The translations under genes were made by a program, and so were the position numbers. A stretch of 64,000 nt of DNA from Amoebidium appalachense (Eukaryota > Protista > Ichthyosporea). Every line of letters begins with the position of its first letter. Position 1 is the stretch's first letter. The stretch spans positions 13,359,252 through 13,423,251 of the forward strand of contig CAVNZM010000003.1 of the NCBI GenBank assembly GCA_963693365.1. Direction: 5' to 3'. Under the pieces are notes generated by a model that searched no databases, was not told the DNA's origin, and was given only the letters and a program-made list of their open reading frames with translations. Positions 1-50,102 of this stretch are shown piece by piece.

Positions 1-38915
<38,915 letters not shown>

Positions 38916-39171
38916 GCTGAGATGTTTCTCCTCACGTCACTCTGTATGCTACTTGCTACTTGCTGCTAGCGGCACGGGTAGCGAAAACTGTCCTTGGCAG
39001 TGCCGCCAGCGCCGCCCTTGGTGTGTTTCCGAGTGATTATAGGTAACATGTAAGGGGATTTGAAATTCAAGAAGGAACCAAACGAAGAGGAAGGAGCTCG
39101 AGAAGAAAAAGTGAGAATTTAAAGGACTTTTTAAAGTTTTATCACCCCGTACATACTCAACAAATTTTGTT

Positions 39172-39242
39172 GAATGCACATTCCCCCCAATGGAATGCGC
39201 ATTCCCCCCAATGGAATGCACATTCCCCCCCAAATGGAATGC
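39172..39242. repeat. Minisatellite, about 3.3 copies of 21-22 bp (GAATGCACATTCCCCCCAATG)
   Basis: Direct tandem repeats visible in the sequence. Confidence 0.85.
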
Positions 39243-40022
39243 TTCAATCAATCCTAATGTCAAAAAGTGTGCCCTTTTATCAAAATCGATACCGGCATGG
39301 GACGACGTTTGTATTTTCGGCAGTCCCCTCCCTCGCCCAATCGAATACAAGTACTCTCCCCTCTTTCCTCCCCCTCTCTCTCCCCCTTCTCCCCTGGGCA
39401 CAAATACAAATAAACCCCGCAATAGTGTGTGTGTGACTTTGGACTGCCACTTACTTATTAAACATGTACACAATCACAAGATAATCACGCAATATAACAA
39501 ATGGAAAAAGATACCACACGACACTAGACCCGATGAAAGCATACACCTTGAAAAACTAAGCCTTATGTCTCGTTTTATCATGATATATACTGACCGCCTC
39601 AACCATATTGCCAAATATGGCACTCGCAAGTGTATAACACCTAAATACATATTACCTTCCTGTAGAACTGGTCTTTCTCTAGCTGATGGTATTATTGATC
39701 AATTACCACGCTTTTACTGTACACGTGCTATACAGTGGAGATCTAATAAGTATAAGGTGGCATCATTTGCATGCCCAAACAACACACACACACACCAGTT
39801 TAACCGGTCATGTATCGCCAAATGTAGTTTGATAGACCACATAATACCGCAACACACACACGTCACATCCACAACAGACACCCAGAAAGATAGCCTACCT
39901 GTAAATTACAACATCCTTGATTTTATACTAAACACGCGTAACTACGACCTGTTTATTAGATGTATTGATTGGCTTGAGAAACACATCACTACAAAATTAT
40001 AGCGCACGCGCACACACACACA

Positions 40023-40079
<57 letters not shown>

Positions 40080-40111
40080 CCAGCTGATACCGAGTGTCCC
40101 GAGGGGAGCCC

Positions 40112-40152
<41 letters not shown>

Positions 40153-41551
40153 GGGGGAACCCCAACTAATTGATTTCTCCTTGTAGTCTTTATGGTATCT
40201 CGTAGAGAAAGTAAACCCTGATATATAGTCACCACCCGACATCTATGTACGTGATCATGATATACCGCTGAGGGGATATTCCGAGCAAACCCCCCCCCCC
40301 ATACCTGAGACTGGTTCTCTTTGCCTCGAGTAAACAGCGTAAACCCCCACAAGTATTTGGGGATTCCGGTGGACGAATGGGGGCATATGTTTCAAACGGA
40401 TGATCGACCGTCGGGTGGAGAGTGCAGGCAGGTGTCTTCGGTTATTTAGGGATGTGTATCTTGCTACTCTTTCTCATACTGTCCACCTATACAATCGTCT
40501 TAGTATATTTCGCACATATATTCGCCCTTTGTGTGAATACGGGTTGCCCTTACTAGCTATGGCACCCCCTGATACTGTTACTAATGTCCTCAAATCAATA
40601 GATGATTTCCACTACACAACTTGTTGTACGTTTCTCACTGGTCTTTCCACACCTATCCCTAGACGCCTTTTTGATTCTCTCTACGCACTCACACCACCAT
40701 CACAACGCATACACGAATTAGCCCTTAAATTACACGAGCACATCACCCGCCTGTCCGCTTGTGCCCCCGGACCACCCGCTCTTCCGGCTACACGCATCCC
40801 CGCCGGACTCGCCCCTCTACCTCTTCCCTTCCCCATCGTCTCTGCCCATTGCCGAGCGTTATGTGGAATGGCTGGTGACCCCACCGGAGGTACGGCTAGA
40901 TCATAGTGTGAATATGAATAGTTTCAAGTCTATGGCTGATAGATATCTTTTTACTCTACGTGTTGAGTCCCTTTCAGTGTTAGGACCGCAAAAACACCAA
41001 CTACTAGTAGCCTATATGGCGGATACGGTTAGAGAGTCTCGTTCATACATAGATTCGTTTATTCGTAATGTGGTGTGGTGTAAAAACGCAAAGATGATTA
41101 TGGCTTGGCGGTGTAATCGGTTTCTGGTGTCTCCTGCTCGTATTTGTAATATGTGTGGGGGTCGGTTTACTCGCGGCTGCATATCTATCAATAAATGCAA
41201 CCTGTTAGCTAATGTATTAGAACCGGAGGTTATTGGCGGTTTTATTCTCTTTTCTTCCTCTCTTCCTCAATATATCCGCTTTAAGATGACTATCCTAGAT
41301 CACCTTATTAATGCTGCACAGTATGATATTGTGATCCGGTGCCTTAACTTTCTTTCGGAGCTACCGATGCTAGCCTCTGCTTACCCTTAATATGTAATAG
41401 GGGTGTCAGATACTACGATGGCGCTCATTGTTGCCTAGCATGTACATATGTCACTGGCTGCATTTGATTGGCTGTGCTGGAAAACGCAGTAGGCCGTCGA
41501 ATGTGGCTGGGCCTCCGGCAGTGTCCACGCAATAAAAAGTGTGTAAACCCC
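39236..41551 (+). mobile_element. 5'-truncated LINE, family 2 (RT C-terminal part and Cys-rich C-terminus), interrupted at 39354-40348
   Basis: INPNVKKC..PIEYKY|LGIPVD rejoins across the insert; later RTYIRPLCEYGL and CNMCGGRFTRGC motifs; candidate 3' end AATAAAAAGTGTGTAAACCCC at 41551. Outer boundaries are approximate. Confidence 0.75.
39354..40348 (+). mobile_element. 5'-truncated young LINE, family 1, copy a
   Basis: Near-identical to about 43414-44430; flanked by 7-bp TSD ACAAGTA (39347-39353, 40349-40355). Confidence 0.9.
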
Positions 41552-42001
41552 TGAGACAGCACCAGACTGCTAGAGATCTTCGAACTGCAAATTTGTATGA
41601 CGTCGTCACTCATTTTGAGATCGGGCCCCCACGGTGTCCCCAAAGCCTGCGCAAAGCGACCTAGCACAGTCCGCATACGTAGACTCAGGGAAATAATTAT
41701 TGGGCCAGTACAGCCGTAGTCCGAACGTGAGCCCGTGTCGCACGTGCGGGACACGTGTGCATGTGATAAGTGTGTGCATGTAGGTTTAGCCTGTGGCAAG
41801 GCCCTGTGACATCATGCATGGATCCTACTCCGTGATGATGATCCGATGTTGGCGAGCTATCTATAACACTATTCATTTGATAATCATAAGGCAAACCTCA
41901 TGATCCATATGCATAGACAAATGTGGTGCGGAGTATTGTGCCCGATATATATAGCCAACAATTTACACACATTTACATTATGATCATATAAACCTGTTCG
42001 T

Positions 42002-44055
42002 ATGTTCTTTTTCAGTCCCGATGCCATATGGTCTGTGATATCTAGTTATAGCTCTAGTAAGTCTTGTGGACCTGATGGACTCCCTGCTGGGTTTCTTAAA
42101 ATCCTTGTTCCCTCCTACCCACAAAAGGAAAGTGATCGTGCTATTAAACCTGATCTTACTATCATGTTAAGCTCTCTCTTTTCTTGGTGTGTTAAATGTG
42201 GACATGTCCCGTCATCTTGGTTAGATACCTTAGTGATCCCCATAGTTAAGAAGGACTCTGAGGGCCCCATATCATCCTTTCGCCCCATTACACTAACCCA
42301 GGTTGTTCGTAGATTCTTTGAAGCTTGCTTACTTAGGTTATTTGCACATCACCCTAGGTTTCAATCTATTCTTCACATACACCCATGCCAATCCGCTTTT
42401 CGTAAAAACAATTCATGTTATGTTCAAATAATGGCACTGCACGATTCTATGCAAGTTGGTGCACAATATGTTGGCTTTATTGATTGGAAAACTGCTTACG
42501 ATTCTGTCTCCCCTGGTCTCCTATGGGAAAAGCTTGCTGCACGGGGTGTACCACACTGCATTGGTGTTCTGTTAGAAGCACTCTTGTCTCAAACCTATGG
42601 TAGAGCTGTGGTTAATGGGCATCTTTCATATGGTTTTGCTCGTACTAGAGGTCTCTTGCAGGGTTCATTGCTTAGCCCCTTTTTGTTTAACCTATTTATA
42701 GATGATTTGGCTGTCAAGATTTACGCCGAAAACGATGACCCTATTAATAACTTTCCGCCTGCACTTCTCTATGCTGATGATCTGTCCCTCCTTGCCCGTA
42801 CCCCTAGACGCCTGCAAAGATTGTTCGATGTAGTGTCAGAGTGGTGCAAGGCAAACCTTATGATCCTTAACATAGACAAATGTGGTGTTCTTGTACCTGA
42901 TATAGCTAACAATTTACACACATTTACATTATCATCTAAACCTGTACCTATAGTTCCAGAATACAAATATCTTGGTGTTCCGGTTGATTCTGTTGGTGTT
43001 ATGTTTCCCCATATGGTCGAAAAGAGGGTAGAGTTGGCTCGTAAGCGGTTAGCTTTCTTCTCGGCTAATATTTTTAAAGACACACCCCTCCATCCTTCTA
43101 TTAGACTTACATTTATTCGCACTTTTGTCTTCCCGGCATGTGAATATGGTTTACCCCCTTCTCGCCGCTTGGATCAAGAAAGAGAGAACTAGAGCGCTTA
43201 AACCCTTGGCAAATTTCCTTGAAGCAGAAGTTGCCTCCTTTCTATCTAACAACTGTTGTAAACCTGGGCCTGTAACGCTCTCGATATATGGTCTGGTCCC
43301 AATAGCTGCTAGAGTATCCTATCTCGCGCTGAAATTCAATAAGCACATAAGCCGCTTAAAGAAGTATTTGCCCTCCCACCCTCTCTTCTCTATCCGACCT
43401 GTCCCCTCCTCACCTCTCCCCTCTTTCCTCCCCCTCTCTCTCCCCTTCTCCCCTGGGCACAAATACAAATAAACCCCGCAATAGTGTGTGTGTGACTTTG
43501 GACTGCCACTTACTTATTAAACATGTACACAATCACAAGATAATCACGCAATATAACAAATGGAAAAAGATACCACACGACACTAGACCCGATGAAAGCA
43601 TACACCTTGAAAAACTAAGCCTTATGTCTCGTTTTATATATACTGACCGCCTCAACCATATTGCCAAATATGGCACTCGCAAGTGTATAACACCTAAATA
43701 CATATTACCTTCCTGTAGAACTGGTCTTTCTCTAGCTGATGGTATTATTGATCAATTACCACGCTTTTACTGTACACGTGCTATACAGTGGAGATCTAAT
43801 AAGTATAAGGTGGCATCATTTGCATGCCCAAACAACACACACACACACCAGTTTAACCGGTCATGTATCGCCAAATGTAGTTTGATAGACCACATAATAC
43901 CGCAACACACACACGTCACATTCACAACAGACACCCAGAAAGATAGCCTACCTGTAAATTACAACATCCTTGATTTTATACTAAACACGCGTAACTACGA
44001 CCTGTTTATTAGATGTATTGATTGGCTTGAGAAACACATCACTACAAAATTATAG
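42002..44055 (+). CDS. Non-LTR reverse transcriptase ORF, broken by two frameshifts at C-runs (about 43155 and 43443)
   Basis: ORFs 42002-43192, 43125-43472 and 43486-44055 are consecutive; copy a is open across the second break. Confidence 0.85.
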
Positions 44056-44076
44056 CGCACGCGCACACACACACAC

Positions 44077-44123
<47 letters not shown>

Positions 44124-44160
44124 CCAGCTGATACCGAGTGTCCCGAGGGGAGCCCCTTTA

Positions 44161-44237
<77 letters not shown>

Positions 44238-44430
44238 GGGGAACCCCAACTAATTGATTTCTCCTTGTAGTCTTTATGGTGTCTCGTAGAGAAAGTAAAC
44301 CCTGATATATAGTCACCACCCGACATCTATGTACGTGATCATGATATACCGCTGAGGGGATATTCCGAGCAAACCCCCCCCCCCTACCTGAGACTGGTTC
44401 TCTTTGCCTCGAGTAAACAGCGTAAACCCC
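42004..44430 (+). mobile_element. 5'-truncated young LINE, family 1, copy b, with complete RT domain
   Basis: Motifs SCGPDG, FRPITL, FIDWKTAYDSV, GLLQGSLLSPFLFNLFIDDL, YADD and YKYLG; 8-bp TSD GTTCGTAT (41996-42003, 44431-44438). Confidence 0.93.
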
Positions 44431-45276
44431 GTTCGTATATAGTCCCAGAATACATGGTATCTTGGTGTTCCAGTTAATTCTGTTGGTGTACATGTTTACG
44501 TTCTCCCACATGAATGGTTGAAAAGAGAGTAGAGTTGGCTCGTAAGCGGTTAGCCCTCCTCGGCTAATGTCTTTAAAGAGAAGAGACACCCTCCATCCTT
44601 CTCAGACTTACATTTAGTTGCCTCTAGGGGGACATCCCCTTGGACGAAAGTGAACCTGCAATGGTTGTAAACCACGGCAAGCCCCCAGTCATCAATTTAT
44701 TGATCCGTGAGGTCCATGTGCCCAAAAAACGGGGGAAGGCTTCGCCCCGTGAAAAAACAGCACGTATGTGTGGATCAATGGGGGTTGTGTGTGGGTGTAG
44801 GTGGGTGGGTGAAAAGGAATATATAGCTGTAAGGCTGTGGATGCTAAACACAGAAGATGTGTTTGTAGCTTGCTGATCTGCTAAAAACTGTCGTGCTTAT
44901 ATACCTAAGCCTACCGATCTGAACCAATCAAAAATCGATCTAGTGATATGTGAAATCTGATCCGAGCCAATCATAACTCGGTCTAGTGATCTGTGGTATC
45001 TGATGTTTTGACTGGCTAATAGGTGCCCGTGTGCGGGCAGCCAACCGCTAACTGCTAAAACACGAAATGAAGCCTACATGGTTATGTTGGTATTGAACAC
45101 CCATCCTACGTGTTTACCCAGAAAAATATTTATGTCAATAATTTCCACAAATAAAACCTCTATGAAAAACTACTCCGGGACGTGTGTTGCCTCTAGGGGG
45201 ACATCCCCTTGGACGAAAGTGAACCTGCAATGGTTGTAAACCACGGCACGAGAGCAGTATGCTTGCTCCAAAGGTT

Positions 45277-46338
45277 TCACTTAAGAATAGAGGCGAATAC
45301 ACGTGTGGTGGTGGCAGCAATGGAGGCCGGACGAAGTCGGGTATAGATCAGGAAGCAGTCGGAGGACCACCTGCCGAGTTGTTTGATCCGGGAGTCGTCG
45401 ACCCCGGCCTCAGCCAGTGCTGTGGCCCCCCCCGATGCGGAGGCTGTGTCCGGCAAACCGGGAGGGTGAGAGGCCTGCCCGGGAGAGGAGGGCACGGAAA
45501 TCGGCAGAGAAAGCACTCTTGGTGTAGGGGATGCCACCGAGACTGAAGAGGGGGTCGTCGGGTTGACCGGACGTTGTATCCAGGAACTGCCGGAGGAGAT
45601 GGGCTGGGGAGAAGTGGGTGAGGGGCAGGGCAGCTAGGGTGACGTTGACACCTCGGGCCTGTACATCCGTCTTAGAGGTTGGCAGGTGGAGGGTGGCATG
45701 GGACAAAGTACCGGTGGGGGTGTAGCTGAAGGTCACGTCCTTCCGTTTAACGTGACGGGACGGGTCGAAAGAAGTCAGGGTCTTGGAGGTAAATTCCCCT
45801 GAACGGAGGAGACCACAGAAACCGACGATGAGGGCCGTCCATAGCCGGAGATTGGCCGAGGAGGCCTTGGTGGGGCACTGGCCATGGAGTAGGCGGAGGT
45901 GGGAGGGGAGGAGGGGTTCCCTGGTGGATGAGCGGGGTCGGATGTTGTGAGAAAGCTGCCATCGGCCCACCCCCCGTAGGAACCAGGCCAGAGACTTGTC
46001 GTGGGGGTAGGGAGCAGGGAGGCCCATGTCGAGGTGGAGCCTGGTGATGGCCGAATTGTAGCCGGTTAAGGAAGAGGCCTGTACCCCTCGTTGGGCACAC
46101 CAGGCGAGAAAAAGTTGCACGGTGTGTGGGGAGGCCGGGAGGGAGGACCCGGAGGAGGATTGCAGCCGAGATGCCACACAGAAATCGATGAACACTTTTT
46201 GCACCCGGGAGTAAAAGGCCCGAGAGTCGAGGTTGAGACTCAGGGCCTGGCATTCCTGCAGGGTAGTGGTGGCTCGAAGCAGCTCGGCCGGAGCAAAGTG
46301 GGGGGCCAATCTGCCAGTGTTGCTCCGGAACGGGAGAT
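45277..46338 (-). CDS. Tyrosine recombinase, copy 1 (+1 frameshift in the C-run at about 45426-45433)
   Basis: LLRSGE, SKTD, HSLRIGG; GRWSS..Y continues in a second frame. Confidence 0.9.
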
Positions 46339-46363
46339 CTGGGGGGGGGGGGGGGGGGGGGGG

Positions 46364-48046
46364 TTAGCCCAAGGGAAGGGATAGGAACTCGTGGACCCAG
46401 GAGGGGAAGGGGCAGGGCTCCGGTTGCAGGGAAGGTCGGAGTCGTCGGGCCCGGGGAAGTTGGTTACGAGAAATGGCATCGGCCAGATGGTTGAGGGGTC
46501 CTGGTAGGTAGGATGCCTGTAACGTAAATTGGTATTGCATTTCCATGCGGGTGATGAACCGAATAAGTTTGGCCATCACGGGGTGGGGGGAAGACCGGGA
46601 GTGCAGGTCAGACACAGCACCCGTGTTGTCGCATAAAATACGGACATGGTGGGTGGACCAGGAGGGGGCCCAGAGGGCCACGGCGGCTGCGATGGCCAGG
46701 AGTTCGATGACGGAAGAACCGAGTTTACCCTCATGAGCATAGAGGGCTTGGGTGGAGGGGGACCAGGGCATGAAGAACCATTGGTCGAGCCAGTGGCCAC
46801 CTAGACCCACCGATCCGGCAGCATCAGTGGCCAGGGTGGTGTATGTGGGGGGTGTGATGAGGTGCACCCCATTCCATGATGTGAGGAACTGGTGCCATTC
46901 GGCTATGTCGGCCCGGGCGGCAGCAGTCAGTCGTATGTGGTGGTGGCCGGCAAGGTGTGGGTGGGTCCGGAGAAGGGCCCATAGGCGCTGGGAGAAGGCC
47001 CTCCCGGGGGGAACCAGCTGGGCACACCAGGTGAGTTTGCCGAGGAGGGACTGGAGGTCCCGAATGGTGATGGTGGGCTTTGGGTGGGAAGTGAGGTCGA
47101 GTAGGTCCGAGAGCTTGGAAGCCGGGATTCGTGCCTCCATGGCGATGGAGTCGAATTCGATACCGATGAAGACGACACGGGTAGCCGGGCCCTGCATCTT
47201 GTCTTCGGAGATGGCAATGTGCAGCTCTCGGCAGAGTTGCAGAAAGGTGGATAGGTGACGTTGGCACTGCTGTTGTGTGGGGGCGACTATAATCCAGTCG
47301 TCTACGTAGTGGCGGATGAGGGTAATACCGTGCTGGTGTGCCAGCCACTGTAGGGTGGCCGCGATCCGTTCCCAGATGGCTGGGCTAGATTTCAGGCCGA
47401 AGGGCAGTCTGGTTTCAACGTAAAAATGCCCTTGCCATTTGAATGCCATTAAGTGGTGGTCTTCCGGTCGGATGGGCATGTGCCGGAAGGCAGCCTGCAC
47501 ATCTGCCACGGCCATGTAGCAGCCGGGGCCTGCGTCGAGAATGAGTTGGGTGACATCCCGGGCGCGAATGTACTGAAGTTCGTCGGGGTAGGTGATGCTG
47601 TCATTGACACTGCTACCCCGGGGCCAGGAGAGGTGGTGGATTCGACGGTACTTGGGGGGGTTCCCTTTCTTGGTAACGGCGCCGATGGGGGAGGAACGGT
47701 GGACGGGAAATTCGTCAAAGAATTGGGCCGGGGAGAGGGGGCCGCGCAGGTGGCCGAGGGCGACTTCTTTGGCAATATCCACCGTGATAGCGGCAGCTGC
47801 CTCCGGGGTGGTGGGTAGGTTGGGGCCCACCCGAGAGGTGGAGGGGCCGCGATAGCCGATGTCGACGCCGAATTCGACATCGTGGAGGAGTTGTGCGGCG
47901 AATGGTTGGTCCGGGTAGGAGGCCAGCAGTTCCCGGAGGCGGGAGGTGTCAATGTGGTGCTGGGGCAGCGGGCGGGCCTCCGGGTCTGAGCCTCGGGGGA
48001 AGGGGTGGTTAGCAAGGGTGGTGTACCCTTGGGGAGATCCCGGCAG

Positions 48047-48090
<44 letters not shown>

Positions 48091-48205
48091 CAGGGCCCCG
48101 GGGGGTTAGAGTAGGGCAGCTTGGCCCAAGTGAGGGTTGGCAGGGAGGGCAGCGGGGCCCTGTGCAGGGGAATGTGCCCGAGCACGCGGGGGTGTGGGCG
48201 GACAC
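46364..48205 (-). CDS. Ngaro RT-RNase H, copy 1 (true start probably spliced, at 48027)
   Basis: DVQAAFRH, LPFGLKSSP and YVDD; RNase H residues TDAAG, ELLAI, CDN and ADAISR. Confidence 0.93.
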
Positions 48206-48485
48206 AGCGGTAGAAGAAAGGGGGGGGGAGGGAGTGCTAGGTGAGTGTAAGGGGGGGGGGAGGCTCGTGGGATGGGGGGGGGGGGAGTAAAATTATGTGC
48301 AGTGGCCAGAATAAACGTCTTTGTATAGGGACATTTATTCTTGACGCGCGCGGGCGCCGTAGTTGGCCTGCGAAATTTTGTACTCAGCCCTATTGGCCCG
48401 TTCTCCCGAGCTCCGTTTCCCTGTACTCGTGTGTCCTAGCTCCGAACCCCTATGTTCTAGCTGTGTGTGTGGGTGTGCGCGTAGA

Positions 48486-49655
48486 CTAGGCATTGTGCTT
48501 GCAGTCTTTGCGGGGGTGTGTGCCAGAGCAGAGCGGGCACACGTGGGAGAAGGGGCAGGGCTGCTTAGCGCAGGACCGACCGTTAATGTGGAAATTCCTG
48601 CAGTGCGTCGCGGGTAGATCCACGGGTCGGGCCGGTTTGGCCGGGCCGGGTTGCGGGCCAGGGCGGTTAGGGGTGTGACCCCCGCCGGGCTTGTGGGGCG
48701 GCTTAAAGCCGTCAAGACCACAGCCGGGCTTGGGGTACATGGGGCAGGCCGCGCTGGGGTGGTCGGGGAAGCCACAGCGCTGACATGCGTCCTGGATGAG
48801 CAGGGTGGGTGGCAGGAGGAGATCCTGGTGGAGTTGGGCGAGCAGGTTGGGGCACTCGATCGGAGCCCGACCCTGCTGGTGGGCCACGGTGCGGGCGTAT
48901 ACGTCATAGTTGTGGATCTGGGCCCACGGGTATCGGGTGCTGAGGCGAGTGATGTGCTGAGTCCAAAGTACGTCTTTGTCCGTGGGAAGGCCGAGGTGGT
49001 GCTTGGCGGCCATGTAATGGGTCCAAGCTTGGATCCAAATGACGAGTGAACGCAGGGGAACGGGTTTGTCTTGGCGAAAAGTCTCGATGCTGCCGTCGTC
49101 GGCCATGCGCAGATGCTGACCTTTCTTGGATGGGGCCAGGAGGGCGGCGGGGGTGAACTTATACAGGTCGACGAAACGATTGGCGCGCAAATCTGCCAGC
49201 ACATCCGCGGGGGGAAGCGGGAGTGTGCCCGGCTGAATGTCGCCAGTGTTCTCACCTGTGATGGGGGGCGCGGGCAGGGCAGGCAGGTCAAGGTCAGGGC
49301 CGAGATGCAGCCCCGGGGAAACCTCCCCGGGTGTGGAGGGCGCGGCGGGGGGCGCGGGAGGGTCGCGGTTGGTGAGAGCAGCCAGGACGCCAGCCATCTG
49401 GGTGCTGATGGCGGTGAGGGCGGCCAGGACGGCGTCTTGAGAAGTCATCTGCGGGGACGGCGGGGCCTGAGGGGGGACTTCAGGGGTGGAGGGGAGAGTA
49501 GCCGGCGGGTCCGGGTCCGTGGTGGTATGGGCCGCTGGAGGCGCGTCAGTGTCCGCGGGAGCGTTGGTCAGCCTGTGGCGGAGGTCGCTGCGGGTCAGGC
49601 GCTTAGGTGCCGCGGCAGGGGCGGCGGCTGAGGCCTGGCGCTTTTTCGGCGGCAT
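48486..49655 (-). CDS. Ngaro gag-like ORF1, copy 1, 389 aa
   Basis: CQRCGFPDHPSAAC zinc knuckle and a C-terminal CRNFH..C..C..HVCPLC..H...C array. Confidence 0.88.
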   Translation of the reverse strand: MPPKKRQASAAAPAAAPKRLTRSDLRHRLTNAPADTDAPPAAHTTTDPDPPATLPSTPEVPPQAPPSPQMTSQDAVLAALTAISTQMAGVLAALTNRDPPAPPAAPSTPGEVSPGLHLGPDLDLPALPAPPITGENTGDIQPGTLPLPPADVLADLRANRFVDLYKFTPAALLAPSKKGQHLRMADDGSIETFRQDKPVPLRSLVIWIQAWTHYMAAKHHLGLPTDKDVLWTQHITRLSTRYPWAQIHNYDVYARTVAHQQGRAPIECPNLLAQLHQDLLLPPTLLIQDACQRCGFPDHPSAACPMYPKPGCGLDGFKPPHKPGGGHTPNRPGPQPGPAKPARPVDLPATHCRNFHINGRSCAKQPCPFSHVCPLCSGTHPRKDCKHNA

Positions 49656-50075
49656 GCTGACCGGCGTAGGGAAAGATAGGGAGAATGAAAAGGAGTGAAA
49701 AGGAATATATAGCTGTAAGGCTGTGGATGCTAAACACAGAAGATGTGTTTGTAGCTTGCTGATCTGCTAAAAACTGTCGTGCTTATATACCTAAGCCTAC
49801 CGATCTGAACCAATCAAAAATCGATCTAGTGATATGTGAAATCTGATCCGAGCCAATCATAACTCGGTCTAGTGATCTGTGGTATCTGATGTTTTGACTG
49901 GCTAATAGGTGCCCGTGTGCGGGCAGCCAACCGCTAACTGCTAAAACACGAAATGAAGCCTACATGGTTATGTTGGTATTGAACACCCATCCTACGTGTT
50001 TACCCAGAAAAATATTTATGTCAATAATTTCCACAAATAAAACCCAGACTTACATTTATTATTCGCACTTATGTC

Positions 50076-50102
50076 CGCAGCAATACAAAGTGCATAAACC
50101 CC
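50076..50102 (+). mobile_element. 27-bp extremely 5'-truncated LINE end
   Basis: CGCAGCAATACAAAGTGCATAAACCCC between 8-bp direct repeats CTTATGTC (50068-50075, 50103-50110); resembles 41528-41551. Confidence 0.7.

Larger units (their letters stand above)
44617..50044 (-). mobile_element. Ngaro-type tyrosine-recombinase (DIRS order) retrotransposon, copy 1
   Basis: gag, RT/RNase H and YR with no methyltransferase. Split direct repeats A1 (50044-49696), B1 (45249-45157), A2 (45158-44810) and a clipped B2 (44679-44617). Confidence 0.93.

Noticed and set aside
39172-39242. CRISPR-like array
   Set aside because: Tandem repeats without unique spacers, eukaryotic context, no cas genes.
40116-40151. 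A-tract as the LINE poly(A) tail (also 44162-44236)
   Set aside because: Shared sequence continues about 195 bp further and the TSDs lie beyond it.
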